DNA of 57,968 nt from Coleofasciculus sp. B1-GNL1-01 (GCA_040220235.1 JAVJTO010000080.1), one strand, 5' to 3'; positions 38,686 through 49,449 are shown, counted from the first letter of the stretch. The notes: generated from the letters alone by a model not told the origin. A program made the numbers and translations.

Positions 38686-39615
38686 CTACTGCAACAGACG
38701 AGATCCGGCGGGACATTGAATCTCTGTAGAATCGGCTGAAGGTGGAATTGGCATCGGCGGCGGTGAGGTAGCGGGTTGTTCACTCTGACAAATCCCAGAA
38801 ACGGTTGTCTCAAACCCATCAACGGTAGTGACAAATACCGCACCAATGTAGCTGGGAAGTCCCTCATCTTTGGGATGTGCCGTAATCGCCACACTCTCAG
38901 CGCGATCGCGGGATGGCACAATTTGGTATGTATATAAGGACGTTTCTAGGTTTGTGGCAATTTCTAGCTGTTCGAGGGTATTGGCAAATTGACGATTTTC
39001 GAGATAATACACCTGCTGGGCGCGATTTAAGAGGCTGATATACTGCATCGGAATCGCTTGGCTGGATCGGTTGGCGCTGGTTTCCAACTCAATCACGGAA
39101 ATATCTTCGGGTACGGTGGTATCATCCGAAGTCTTTGCCAAGAGTAACGCCGTATCACTAAACGCCGTGGGTCGAGGTTGTCCCGGCGTAACATCTTTAA
39201 ATTCTAAGCGCAGCTTTCCCTCTGGGGTTAACTCAAAAATAGTCAAGGCAATTTCATCCGGTGTGAGTGCCATATCCAGGTGCATCGGTTGAGTCGCCGT
39301 TTGAATTTGGTAGTCTACCTCGATTGCCACAGCCGACCCATCTTGAGCGGGTAAGATAAAAAATAATTGGTTATCGGGGGCAAAAATTAACCGGATGGAT
39401 TCCCCCGATGCCGGATCGGTGGCTTGCCATTCTCCGATTAATTGCTGAGTAACCGCATCCGTTGGCGATCGCATCTCAGATCCAGGGGATGGATTATCCG
39501 GTTCAGATTGCGCTTGAGAGGGAACACCACTACAGACAAGCAAGGCGAAAAGAACGAATATCAAACGCGATCGGCACAACGTAAGCAAGAGAGAAACAGG
39601 ATTAATCATAGCCAT
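38686..39615 (-). CDS. Secreted protein with cyanobacterial type IV pilin-like G/H domain
   Basis: Signal peptide; NRAQQVYYLE...SYIGAV...IC...C pattern. Confidence 0.8.
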   Translation of the reverse strand: MAMINPVSLLLTLCRSRLIFVLFALLVCSGVPSQAQSEPDNPSPGSEMRSPTDAVTQQLIGEWQATDPASGESIRLIFAPDNQLFFILPAQDGSAVAIEVDYQIQTATQPMHLDMALTPDEIALTIFELTPEGKLRLEFKDVTPGQPRPTAFSDTALLLAKTSDDTTVPEDISVIELETSANRSSQAIPMQYISLLNRAQQVYYLENRQFANTLEQLEIATNLETSLYTYQIVPSRDRAESVAITAHPKDEGLPSYIGAVFVTTVDGFETTVSGICQSEQPATSPPPMPIPPSADSTEIQCPAGSRLLQ

Positions 39616-39643
39616 CCAACCCAGCTAACTGATTGGATTTTAA

Positions 39644-39706
39644 CAATGACGAATGACGAATGACGAATGACGAATGACAAATGACGAATGACGAATGACG
39701 AATGAC
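39644..39706 (+). repeat. (AATGACG)n heptamer repeat, STRR-type
   Basis: About 9 units. Confidence 0.88.
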
Positions 39707-39715
39707 ATAAGACAC

Positions 39716-40729
39716 TTACGCTGCAACCCATCCCGAAAACACCCAGCCACCATTAGCCAGACGTATCCAGTTCCCCGCCGTCTGATCCGTAGTTGCGATC
39801 GCGGCGCCATCGGCTACAGTATCCACCACCCGATACCCTAAACCGGGACCCGATCGCACATTCAAGGGACTCCCATTCGTCGTCACCACGGCGGTATCCC
39901 TTGCTGGAGTTGCACCGCCCCCTTCACCAACAATCCAGCGAGAAGAGACCCAGTTGCCATTCGCCAGTTGAGACCAGCCATCAGTATTACGACCACTGAG
40001 GCTAATCCTGCGGTTATCCCCTACCGTACCCACCACACGATACCCCAAACCGGGACCCGATCGCACGTTGAGGGGATTGTTATTGGTGTTAACCACGGCG
40101 GTATTCGTCACCGGAGTCACACCTCCACCATTGCCATCCTCACCATATAAAGCGGTTAACGTCGTCGGTCCCGCAATCCCATCCGGCGTCAATCCTTCAG
40201 ACGCCTGAACCCTTCTCACAGCCACTTCGGTGAGGCGACCATAATAGCCAGTGACGGGTCCGTTATAAACCCCAACCTCTTGTAATCGATTTTGCAGATT
40301 GGTTACCGCTGTCCCCGTACTACCAGGGCGCAAGACAGCGGATGGAACACCACTATCGCCACCTTCACCTGCTATCCAGCGAGAAGCAACCCAGTTACCA
40401 TTGCTGAGTTGAGACCAGCCATCGGCATCAAGACCACTGAGATTAATGGTAGTGCCATTGGCAAGAGTGCTAACCACGCCATACCCTAAACCGGGACCCG
40501 ATCGCACATTTAGCGGACTACCATTCGTATCAACCACCGCCGCCCAAGCACTACTGGTTAAGCTTAAGGAAGACAGTGCGATCGCTAAGGCTAGTCCCTG
40601 AATCCAGGCTAAACTCGGTGGTTTCCAGTCAACCTCTGACTCGAAAACAGACCCATCAGCACTGAACTGGGACTGGGGAATCTTGTCATCGGCTTGGGCG
40701 GAGAAATGGGTATAGGCTAGGGTTTCCAT
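39716..40729 (-). CDS. SH3b x3 + peptidoglycan-binding domain protein
   Basis: Three LNVRSGPGLGY repeats; V..LQ..L...G...DGIAGP.T PG-binding motif. Confidence 0.9.
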   Translation of the reverse strand: METLAYTHFSAQADDKIPQSQFSADGSVFESEVDWKPPSLAWIQGLALAIALSSLSLTSSAWAAVVDTNGSPLNVRSGPGLGYGVVSTLANGTTINLSGLDADGWSQLSNGNWVASRWIAGEGGDSGVPSAVLRPGSTGTAVTNLQNRLQEVGVYNGPVTGYYGRLTEVAVRRVQASEGLTPDGIAGPTTLTALYGEDGNGGGVTPVTNTAVVNTNNNPLNVRSGPGLGYRVVGTVGDNRRISLSGRNTDGWSQLANGNWVSSRWIVGEGGGATPARDTAVVTTNGSPLNVRSGPGLGYRVVDTVADGAAIATTDQTAGNWIRLANGGWVFSGWVAA

Positions 40730-41134
40730 CAGAATACCTCACTGTTCGTTTATCGCAGTGATGAACCTTTGAGATCGTCATTCGTCATTTGTCCTTCGTC
40801 CTTTGTAAGGGTTTGAGGCTTGTTGACAAAATTTAGTAGAGTATCTTTTGTCCGACTACTTACAGAAGTAGTTGGGGATAGCAAAACGACGACGGCTGGG
40901 TTCATCTAATATAATTTTAGAATTTTCTTTTCTAGTAGTATTATTAAGGATAATTAAGTGGACTAACTTCCCTCAAAGGAAAGATTTCAGTAGTCAGACA
41001 AAATTGTGGGGATTGTTATTCGTCATTCGTCAAAACACTGATTTCACAGATTTATTGGGAAGAGTGGGGTGGGGAAGTGAGAGGGTAGTGACACTGATTA
41101 CACTGAGTCACATCCGGGTGAAAACCTTCCCCTA

Positions 41135-41189
41135 CAGCTTCCCCAGCTTCCCCAGCTTCCCCAGCTTCCCCAGCTTCCCCAGCTTCCCC
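41135..41189 (+). repeat. (CAGCTTCCC)x6 nonamer repeat
   Basis: Seen directly upstream of pyrB. Confidence 0.9.
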
Positions 41190-41306
41190 TGCTCTCTAAC
41201 CCCACCACAACACCGATTCAGCAGCCCCTATTTATTTGTCGTGGGAGGGGAATGAAGATTATAGTAACTGTTAGCCCCTCTCTATCCATTTTGCATTCTT
41301 ATTCTT

Positions 41307-42362
41307 ATGGCTACTGCCACTTGGACTCGCCGCCATGTCCTTTCCCTGGAAGATTTTACATCGGCTGAATACGATACCCTCTTACAAACCGCCGCTAGCT
41401 GTCGGGAAGTTCTCTCTCGGCGCACGAAAAAAGTCCCGGCTTTGCAAGGTCAGGTGGTGGCGAATATGTTTTTTGAACCCTCAACCCGCACCCGCAGTAG
41501 TTTTGAACTCGCCGCCAAACGGTTGAGTGCAGATACATTGAATTTTGCACCAGGAACCTCATCCTTGACCAAAGGAGAAACCATTCTCGACACCGCAAAA
41601 ACCTATTTAGCCATGGGAGCTGATATGATGGTAATTCGCCATCGAGAAGCGGGAGTCCCCCATGCGATCGCCCAGGAAATGGATCGCCTGGAAACGAATG
41701 TCGGTATCTTGAATGCAGGCGATGGTCAACATGAACATCCCTCCCAAGCGTTGCTGGATTTATTTACAATTACATCCCTATTGGATTTTGAGTATCCTCG
41801 CTTGAAACTCTTAGCCGACAAAAAAATTGCCATTGTCGGGGATATCATCCATTCACGGGTTGCTCGTTCTAATATTTGGAGTCTAACCGCCAGTGGCGCT
41901 GAGGTTCATTTAGCCGGTCCACCGACATTAGTCCCCCAGGAGTTTACTGAATATGTCCAGGGAACTGGAGAGCAGAGGAAGCCGGGGAAGCCGGGGAAGC
42001 CGGGGGAGAATTTTTCCCAATCCCCAATCCCCAATCGGCGGCTATTCTTGCATTGGGAAGTTGAACCTGCGCTGAAAGATGCCGATTTTGTCATGACCTT
42101 ACGGCTGCAAAAAGAACGCATGACAGCCCATCTATTGCCCAGTTTGCGAGAATATCATCAGCGTTATGGAATTACACGCGATCGCTTAAAACTTTGCCAT
42201 CCTGGAGTCAAAATTCTCCACCCCGGACCCGTCAATCGCGGCGTGGAAATTAGTTCCGAGTTAATGGATGATCCAGAATTCAGTTTAATTTCTCAACAGG
42301 TTACCAGTGGTGTAGCGGTACGCATGGCGCTGCTTTATCTGATGGGGAGTGGGAAGTCTTGA
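41307..42362 (+). CDS. pyrB: Aspartate carbamoyltransferase catalytic subunit
   Basis: [41 protein letters not shown]. Confidence 0.97.
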   Translation: MATATWTRRHVLSLEDFTSAEYDTLLQTAASCREVLSRRTKKVPALQGQVVANMFFEPSTRTRSSFELAAKRLSADTLNFAPGTSSLTKGETILDTAKTYLAMGADMMVIRHREAGVPHAIAQEMDRLETNVGILNAGDGQHEHPSQALLDLFTITSLLDFEYPRLKLLADKKIAIVGDIIHSRVARSNIWSLTASGAEVHLAGPPTLVPQEFTEYVQGTGEQRKPGKPGKPGENFSQSPIPNRRLFLHWEVEPALKDADFVMTLRLQKERMTAHLLPSLREYHQRYGITRDRLKLCHPGVKILHPGPVNRGVEISSELMDDPEFSLISQQVTSGVAVRMALLYLMGSGKS

Positions 42363-42555
42363 TAGTTGTTATTCGTCTTATCTTATTTGTCCTTTGTCAT
42401 TTGTGAATGAGGGTGTGTCCTACGAACGCGATCGCATCCCTTCTGGATAGAAGAAACCTATAAAAGCTTGTAGGGGCGACCCGCTTCATCAATTAACAAC
42501 ACCAGTCCTTTCAATAAGATCGGGTCGCCCTTTACTCAATCAGGGATATTAGGGT

Positions 42556-43320
42556 TCATTGATCAGTATAATCAAGTTGCGATCGCGTGATATCAAATAC
42601 TTTCCCATTAAGAAGTTGATACTGATCACTCAACGGTTGTCCCATACACAAAACAGACCATTTGAATAGAGTCCTTAGAGATTTACAGGTATCCGGACAA
42701 GACAAAACATGTTCGACATTAAGTCGCTGAAGTATCTTTCCACCATGTTCCTTTTCCTTGAAATTAGGATATAGATCTCCAAGATAATTTTTAGGATGAC
42801 GAATATCTTCCACATCCCCTTGATAATCGGCTAAAGATGTTCCTAGGACGGCGTTAATAGCATTGGCATCAGCTAAGTAGTAAGCTTCTAGCATATTCAC
42901 CAAAAAATGAACAGAAGCACGAGTTCTTTGGGTCGCCGGAAGCGTATCAAGGATTTCTCGGTATCGCTCAAAAACCTGTTGTGCTTGTTGCCTACGATCA
43001 TGCTCTAGGTCGTCCACCATGATGACATAAGTATCTGGTCTGTTTAAATGTTTTCTCGCTTCCCAGGCAATTTGTTGAATATATTTATCCGGAATTCCTT
43101 TATTCGTTCCAGTCGCTTTAAGTTTTTTCTTCTTTTTCTGTGAATAGTCGGGCGGAAGTTGAGGAACACGGCGCAGGACTTTAAACGTACACCAACCCGA
43201 TTCCATTAGAGATTTAAATAATTTAGGCAGATGTTCGGCTTCTGTTTCGCCTGTAACCAGCAATCCGAATTGAAAATAATGATACGGCTGACCCTCAGTA
43301 TTAATTTGACGACTCATCAC
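42556..43320 (-). CDS. DUF4276-like (TOPRIM-like) protein
   Basis: VTGETE, VDDLE, MLEAYYLAD motifs. Overlaps the stop of the upstream ATPase. Confidence 0.7.
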   Translation of the reverse strand: MMSRQINTEGQPYHYFQFGLLVTGETEAEHLPKLFKSLMESGWCTFKVLRRVPQLPPDYSQKKKKKLKATGTNKGIPDKYIQQIAWEARKHLNRPDTYVIMVDDLEHDRRQQAQQVFERYREILDTLPATQRTRASVHFLVNMLEAYYLADANAINAVLGTSLADYQGDVEDIRHPKNYLGDLYPNFKEKEHGGKILQRLNVEHVLSCPDTCKSLRTLFKWSVLCMGQPLSDQYQLLNGKVFDITRSQLDYTDQ

Positions 43321-44507
43321 CTCTCCTCCTCAAACGGAGACTTACTTTGAGGTGCAATCATCTCAGCCATATACAGCGAACCTGTGGCATAGTCTTCTAG
43401 TAAATCTTGAATATCTTCTATCTCACTGACCCGTTTTATCACCGTTTTTCCTTGCCTGTCAAGTTCCGCTGCTAATATATTCGTTGGCTCAAATTGACTA
43501 ATTAATACAGGAGAATGCGTAGCCATAAAAACTTGCTTATTCCATTCTTGGGTCGCCAGTTTCACCGCTTTAGCTAAAACCGCTAACGCCCAAGGATGAA
43601 GGGATAGTTCCGGTTCATCGAGTAAAATTAATGAATATCGGTTTGACCCTTCAGAAAACAAGGCGGTGAGATTAATCAGCATCTGAAGATGACCATCGGA
43701 TACGCCTGATGCTCGAATTAAACCTTGACGCCTTTCATCTAAAAAATTAGTATAAACTGTATATCGACCTGTTTGCTCAAAGGTTAAACCATTGAACGAT
43801 GGAAAACTTTCTTTCATGAAATGAATAATCGTGTCATATCGGTCATCAATCACTCGCCGATCATGTAAATTTCGCAAGACTGACCATAAATTTTCACACC
43901 GATCCTGTAATCTATCGCCATAATCGGATTCCGAACCCAATCGTTTCAGTTTAAATAGAGACGCAGAACGGGAGTCATAGCGACGGACAAGGCGCAGTAA
44001 GTTTTCAATATCAGCCGCCGCTGATGCACTATCTTCCCAGTCTACATACCGCGTTAAAGCCAGTTTTTCGGGATCTTTGAGAGAAATGTATTGGGATTGT
44101 CCTCGTCCAACCTGATAAAACGACGCCTTATCACTTCCTATTTTGCGGTCAATTAAACAAATATTGTCATCAGTTGTATACAACTGTTCTCCCACAAAGG
44201 GTTCTATCCTCCCCGATGAATAACCAAACGTAATTTGATAGGTAGCGGAGTGAGTCTGAATAGTAATCGATATCGTTTCTCCATCCTCAGCACCATCCCA
44301 CAGTAAACCAATTCCATGATCTCTATCAGAAGCCGCTAAGGACACTCCTCGAATTGCACAGTCTCGAACAAACCAGATTGTATCTAGAAACGTTGATTTT
44401 CCTGATCCATTGGGTCCAAATAAAACGTTGAGGGGATTGGTGGTAATGGGAACATTCGCCAGACAGCGAAAATTGTTGATTTGGAGATTGACCAATGGAT
44501 TAGACAT
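43317..44507 (-). CDS. Non-transport ABC-type ATPase (AAA_21/AAA_15-like)
   Basis: INNFRCL, GPNGSGKS, SDG signature, LLDEPE..LHP, ATHSP. Confidence 0.9.
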   Translation of the reverse strand: MSNPLVNLQINNFRCLANVPITTNPLNVLFGPNGSGKSTFLDTIWFVRDCAIRGVSLAASDRDHGIGLLWDGAEDGETISITIQTHSATYQITFGYSSGRIEPFVGEQLYTTDDNICLIDRKIGSDKASFYQVGRGQSQYISLKDPEKLALTRYVDWEDSASAAADIENLLRLVRRYDSRSASLFKLKRLGSESDYGDRLQDRCENLWSVLRNLHDRRVIDDRYDTIIHFMKESFPSFNGLTFEQTGRYTVYTNFLDERRQGLIRASGVSDGHLQMLINLTALFSEGSNRYSLILLDEPELSLHPWALAVLAKAVKLATQEWNKQVFMATHSPVLISQFEPTNILAAELDRQGKTVIKRVSEIEDIQDLLEDYATGSLYMAEMIAPQSKSPFEEER

Positions 44508-44564
44508 AATCAGTTTTTGCCTCTATACAGACGTTCCCCCTGTCCTGTTCAAGGGAACCGAGAA

Positions 44565-45668
44565 TCAGGTAATCGCTTGTTGGCTGTGCTTGTCAAACAG
44601 GTGAAACTGAGACCGATCAAACACCACACTAATTGATTGTCCCACAGCCATGCGCGATCGCGGATCGACTCTGGCGATAAATTCGTGATTGCTTGGCGTC
44701 GTTAAATAGACAATGATTTCATTCCCCATCATCTCCGTAACGGATACTGTCGCTTTGATAGAAGCTGGACGAATATCTGGGGGAATATAGTCAGGATCAT
44801 GGATATTTTCTGGGCGAATGCCAAAGATTACCTCTTCCCCAGCATAATGTTGATAAAATAGGGCTTTGTCTGGAGGTATATGGAGTTCAAATGAGTCGGT
44901 TTTTACATATAAATTATCCTCTTTGCTGATTAATTTAGCCTCAAAAAAATTCATCGCTGGGGAGCCAATAAACCCCGCGACAAAGACATTATTCGGATAA
45001 TTGTACAGCTTTTGGGGGGTATCAATTTGCTGCAAAACGCCATGATTCATCACCGCAATCCGGCTACCCATAGTCATCGCCTCCACTTGGTCATGGGTGA
45101 CATAAATAAACGTGGTGCCTAATTCGTTATGCAATTTATTAATTTCTGCCCGCGCCTGTACCCGCAATTTCGCATCTAAATTGGATAAGGGTTCATCCAT
45201 TAAAAATACAGCCGGATTACGCACAATAGCGCGACCCACCGCCACTCGCTGGCGCTGTCCTCCGGAGAGTTCTTTGGGTTTTCGGTACAGTAAATGGTCA
45301 ATTCCTAATTGCTTGGCGGCACTTTCAACACGGGTTTGAATTTCGCCTTTCCGCTTCCCTTGTAACTCTAGGCTAAATGCCATATTTTCATAGACGGACA
45401 TGTGAGGATACAGGGCGTAAGATTGGAAAACCATGGCAATATCCCGGTCTTTGGGCGGAATCTCATTGACTCGCTTATCGCCAATATAAATACTGCCTTC
45501 GGTGATATCCTCAAGTCCCGCTAGCATCCGCAGGGAGGTGGTTTTTCCGCAGCCAGAGGGACCGACAAAGACGAGAAATTCACCATCGTCAATGGTCAGG
45601 TTTAAATCATTGACCGCGATAAAATCAGAAAATTTTTTACTGACGTCTTCAAAAACAACACTAGCCAT
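44565..45668 (-). CDS. Sugar ABC transporter ATP-binding protein (MalK/GgtA-like)
   Basis: GPSGCGKT, FQSYALYPH, LSGGQRQR, MDEPLSNLD, TOBE tail. Confidence 0.95.
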   Translation of the reverse strand: MASVVFEDVSKKFSDFIAVNDLNLTIDDGEFLVFVGPSGCGKTTSLRMLAGLEDITEGSIYIGDKRVNEIPPKDRDIAMVFQSYALYPHMSVYENMAFSLELQGKRKGEIQTRVESAAKQLGIDHLLYRKPKELSGGQRQRVAVGRAIVRNPAVFLMDEPLSNLDAKLRVQARAEINKLHNELGTTFIYVTHDQVEAMTMGSRIAVMNHGVLQQIDTPQKLYNYPNNVFVAGFIGSPAMNFFEAKLISKEDNLYVKTDSFELHIPPDKALFYQHYAGEEVIFGIRPENIHDPDYIPPDIRPASIKATVSVTEMMGNEIIVYLTTPSNHEFIARVDPRSRMAVGQSISVVFDRSQFHLFDKHSQQAIT

Positions 45669-45789
45669 TTTAGAACCTGATTTGGTAATTTAGCTGTAGA
45701 GACCCCAAGTCTAGGATTTTAAACTATAAATAATTGATGTATAAATAGTATAGCTTATTGGTTGAAGGGGGTTTGACAGTCTTGGTCGC

Positions 45790-46824
45790 TCAACGCCTCT
45801 GTCTAAGTCGTGGTTTTTCTGGGGCGATAACAATTAAATGGTCATCCGCCTCTAACTGATAATCAGCGGGTGGATTGGAAATTACATCTCCTTCGTCGCC
45901 TTTCTGCACTGCCATAACAATACTTTGATAGTTTTGTTTCATATAAATTGACAGGTCAATAAAAGAATGCCCAATTTTCGATTTAGGTAGGGGGACTTTA
46001 TAAAGCTGATTGCCATATTGAAAGCTTAACAAATCAGACACAACTTTGGTAATCCCATGATTCAGGGCGGCTTGGGAAATCAGCCGACTATTTAACTCAT
46101 TGCTAACAATGATTTCATCTGCATTAGCTCGTTTACAGGTTGAGACATAGGCTTCATTCACTAATTCGACAATCGTATAAGCGGCAGGATTAATACTCTC
46201 GACGGTTAGCGTTGATAATATCACTTTAGCATCACGGGCAGTGTAGGTTAACTCATCGTCACCCAAAATAATCACTGTATTCGCTTTAGCTAAGTTAGCC
46301 TGCTTTAGGGTTTCATCAGACACTTCACCGCGAATAAAATATAAATTATCATCCGCGATGGGTTTTCTATCGATATCGGAAATTAAAACAATTAACTCAT
46401 CTTGGGTTTTGGGGTCTAGGCGTAATTCATGGAGAATCACTCGTGAACGAGAATTCCATTCGCATAAAATAATATGATTTTCAAAGGTATAGGAATCCAT
46501 TCCCAACTCCTTGCGGATTTTTCTGTCTACGAGAATACTGGCAAGAGAACCACTGAATATGGCTAACACGCCAATACCAAAAAACATATCAATGATGGCA
46601 ATCAGTCGCCCACCAATGGTAACGGGGGCAATATCCCCATAGCCAACAGTGGCGATAGTCACAATACTCCACCACAGCGCATCGACGAAGGATACATCAG
46701 GTTCTAGCCAGTAGATACCCAGGGAACTAAGGACAACAATGATAATGATAATCAGCAGCAGACGAATGATATTTTCGCGATTTAAGAATCGCCATAGTTG
46801 TCTTAGCCAAACCTTAATTCTCAT
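45790..46824 (-). CDS. 2-TM potassium channel with RCK domain
   Basis: TIATVGYGD selectivity filter followed by a TrkA-N/C-like region. Confidence 0.92.
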   Translation of the reverse strand: MRIKVWLRQLWRFLNRENIIRLLLIIIIIVVLSSLGIYWLEPDVSFVDALWWSIVTIATVGYGDIAPVTIGGRLIAIIDMFFGIGVLAIFSGSLASILVDRKIRKELGMDSYTFENHIILCEWNSRSRVILHELRLDPKTQDELIVLISDIDRKPIADDNLYFIRGEVSDETLKQANLAKANTVIILGDDELTYTARDAKVILSTLTVESINPAAYTIVELVNEAYVSTCKRANADEIIVSNELNSRLISQAALNHGITKVVSDLLSFQYGNQLYKVPLPKSKIGHSFIDLSIYMKQNYQSIVMAVQKGDEGDVISNPPADYQLEADDHLIVIAPEKPRLRQRR

Positions 46825-46833
46825 TACTTAGTG

Positions 46834-46972
46834 TCATTCGTCATTTGTCATCCGTCATACTCGCTATCGCGAGAAGCAAGCTACGTCATTCATCATACTC
46901 GCTATCGCAAGAAGCAAGCTACGTCATACTCGCGCAAGCGAAACTAACAAAGGACAAATGACAAAGGACAAA
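46834..46972 (+). repeat. STRR tract with two nested ACTCGCTATCGC(G/A)AGAAGCAAGCTA elements
   Basis: Seen directly; homologous to the element at 14780. Confidence 0.8.
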
Positions 46973-46977
46973 TAACA

Positions 46978-47880
46978 TTACCCCTTAACCGAACCTGCTA
47001 AAATCCCCCGGACAAAATACCGTTGTAGGGCAAAAAATACAATCAGGGGTACAATCATCGTGATAAATGCCCCGGCTGTTAGTAAATGCCACGCTTCGCC
47101 GCGAGAACCTACCAACGTGGTTAAGCGCATGGTTAAGGGGGCGACATCCGGTGTTCCGCCCAGATAGACTAAGGCGACTAATAAATCATTCCATACCCAC
47201 AAAAATTGAAACACGGCAAAGGAGGCGATCGCGGGCAGGGAAAGCGGTACAATTAAGCGAGTAAATGTGGTCAAATGCGACGCCCCATCTACCGCCGCCG
47301 CTTCGATTAAATCTTTGGGTAGAGAACCAATATAATTCCGGAGTAAATAAATCCCCAACGGCATCCCATACCCCGTATGGGCTAACCACACACCCAAAAA
47401 CGAACCCGATAATCCCAAGTGATTATAGGATCGCAGTACCGGAATTAGCGTCATCTGTAAGGGAACAACCAGCAACGCTACGACTAAAATAAATAACAAC
47501 TGACGCCCTGGAAACTCCATCCAAGAAAATGCATAAGCCGCAAACGTGGCAATCGCAATGGGAATAACAGTAGCGGGAATGGCAATGGTAAAGCTATTTA
47601 GAAATGCTTGTCCCATTCCTTCCGCCGTCAAAACATCGATATAATTCCCTAACTGATATTGGGTAAAATCAAAGGGATGTTGAAACACCATCCACCAGCC
47701 ACTCTCTAATAAATCATCCTTTGGGCGTAGGGAACTAATCAATAAGCCAACGGTGGGTAATGTCCAAATTAAGGAAATGACGATTAAACTCAAGTGAACC
47801 GGAAGGCTATTAAAGGCATTTTGTAACTGATGAGACAGATGTTTCACAGAATTCGATTTACGGCGACGTTTAGATTTCAT
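46978..47880 (-). CDS. Carbohydrate ABC permease (AglG/GgtD-like)
   Basis: EAAAVDGAS, FQFLWVWNDLL. Confidence 0.9.
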   Translation of the reverse strand: MKSKRRRKSNSVKHLSHQLQNAFNSLPVHLSLIVISLIWTLPTVGLLISSLRPKDDLLESGWWMVFQHPFDFTQYQLGNYIDVLTAEGMGQAFLNSFTIAIPATVIPIAIATFAAYAFSWMEFPGRQLLFILVVALLVVPLQMTLIPVLRSYNHLGLSGSFLGVWLAHTGYGMPLGIYLLRNYIGSLPKDLIEAAAVDGASHLTTFTRLIVPLSLPAIASFAVFQFLWVWNDLLVALVYLGGTPDVAPLTMRLTTLVGSRGEAWHLLTAGAFITMIVPLIVFFALQRYFVRGILAGSVKG

Positions 47881-48854
47881 CGGCTTGTTTCTTGCTGACG
47901 GAAGCGGCGGATATTAACCACCATGATTGGTACAATTGCCAGTAATAAGATAACCGCGATCGCACTCCCCCTGCCATAGTCGCGATAGTTAAACATTTCT
48001 TTAATCATCCGCGAGGCAATTACTTCGGTACCCTGATTCCCAGCCGTCATTACAAAGACAATATCAAACACCTTCAGTACCATGATCACCACCGTTGTTG
48101 TCACCACCGCTAAGGTGGAACGAATCATCGGGATGGTAATCCGCCAGAAAATTTGTACCTCACTCGCGCCATCCATGCGGGCGGCTTCGATAATATCTTT
48201 GGGAATCCCTTTAACCGCAGCGGAAAGCAACACCAGACAGAAACCCGTTTGCAACCATATCATAATCGCAATCAGGGCAAAATTGTTAATCGAACGTTCC
48301 ACTAACCACCCCACGGGTTCAAATCCCAGGCTGGTGATGATACCATTAAGCAAACCAATTTGCGCTGCTCCGGCTGGACGAAAGGCATAGACAAACCGCC
48401 AAATCACACTCGCGCCGACAAAGGAAATTGCCATGGGTAGAAAGATTAGCGACTTGGCGAGGGGTTCATAGCGTACCTTATCCATGAGTACCGCCAGAAT
48501 CAAGCCAAACCCGACACTAAACCCCGTCACCAGAACCAGCCATAACAGGTTATTGCGAAACGCCACCAGCATCGCCTCACTGGTAAACGCAAACTGGTAA
48601 TTCTCCCAGCCGACAAAATTTTGCGATCGCCGATCCAGAAAACTGATGTAAATTGTATTCAACGTCGGTAGAATCAAATACGCCGTCAGCACCAGCAGGG
48701 CGGGGGCGAGATAGATCCAAGGCAGAATTCGCGATCGCCATTTATGAGGTAAGGTGTTGGCTAGGTAATTCATGGCATAAAATACGCCAAGTACACCGCC
48801 ACAGCCAATAATTACGGCGATAATTACACTGAGAATTTTACTAAAAACTGACAT
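47877..48854 (-). CDS. Carbohydrate ABC permease (AglF/GgtC-like)
   Basis: PMAISFVGASVIWRF, EAARMDGA. Overlaps the next gene by 4 bp. Confidence 0.9.
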   Translation of the reverse strand: MSVFSKILSVIIAVIIGCGGVLGVFYAMNYLANTLPHKWRSRILPWIYLAPALLVLTAYLILPTLNTIYISFLDRRSQNFVGWENYQFAFTSEAMLVAFRNNLLWLVLVTGFSVGFGLILAVLMDKVRYEPLAKSLIFLPMAISFVGASVIWRFVYAFRPAGAAQIGLLNGIITSLGFEPVGWLVERSINNFALIAIMIWLQTGFCLVLLSAAVKGIPKDIIEAARMDGASEVQIFWRITIPMIRSTLAVVTTTVVIMVLKVFDIVFVMTAGNQGTEVIASRMIKEMFNYRDYGRGSAIAVILLLAIVPIMVVNIRRFRQQETSR

Positions 48855-49078
48855 AAGAATTTACTTTGACTGGAGGAAACCGATATCGATTAATTCTGTT
48901 GCCATCATCTATAATAATCGTTCTCTCCTATCTGTCTGTGCTAAGTAGGGTGGGCATTGCCCACCAAACATACCCCACCAGCCTTAAATAAGTAACATTC
49001 ACCCTAACTTGCACGCTTGATGCTTAAAACGTTGTTATGCACTCGCTTTGCTAAAGCGGGGAGTATCCATTTGGCTGG

Positions 49079-49107
49079 TTGACAGTCTTGTAAAATAGTC
49101 GTATCCT
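49079..49107 (+). promoter_or_regulatory. Candidate sigma70-type promoter
   Basis: TTGACA (49079-49084), 17-nt spacer, TATCCT (49102-49107); 24 bp before ATG 49132. Confidence 0.5.
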
Positions 49108-49131
49108 CGTGACTCTCTAAGCATTAAACCG

Positions 49132-49449
49132 ATGACTCACACCAAACCCGTTCGTCCTCGTCGTCAAGGCAGAATATTTCCGGAATATACGATACCCCCA
49201 GAGGAGTTAGCCAGACGGGAAGCGGAAAAAAATGCCCGGATAAAGCGCTATCGAGAGATTTTCGCTCAAGTCAGTCCTCCACTTATCCAAGATCATTACA
49301 ACTGGTTTATGATTATTGAGCCAAACAGTGGGGATTATTTTATTGATCCGGATGAAGACATAGCGATGCAAAAAGCGCGTCAAAAATACCCAAGCGGTAT
49401 GGTGGGAATCATGCGCCTTAACGAAACCGGAACTTGTGGCAAGATATGA
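49132..49449 (+). CDS. Small hypothetical protein (DUF5678-like partner of aspartic protease)
   Basis: HYNWFMIIEPNSGDYFID...A...ARQKYP pattern. Stop overlaps the next ATG. Confidence 0.75.
   Translation: MTHTKPVRPRRQGRIFPEYTIPPEELARREAEKNARIKRYREIFAQVSPPLIQDHYNWFMIIEPNSGDYFIDPDEDIAMQKARQKYPSGMVGIMRLNETGTCGKI

Noticed and set aside
40872..41255. 127-aa ORF upstream of pyrB, or a pyr attenuator leader
   Set aside because: Low-complexity (FPS)n from the nonamer repeat. No recognisable PyrR-binding or terminator structure.
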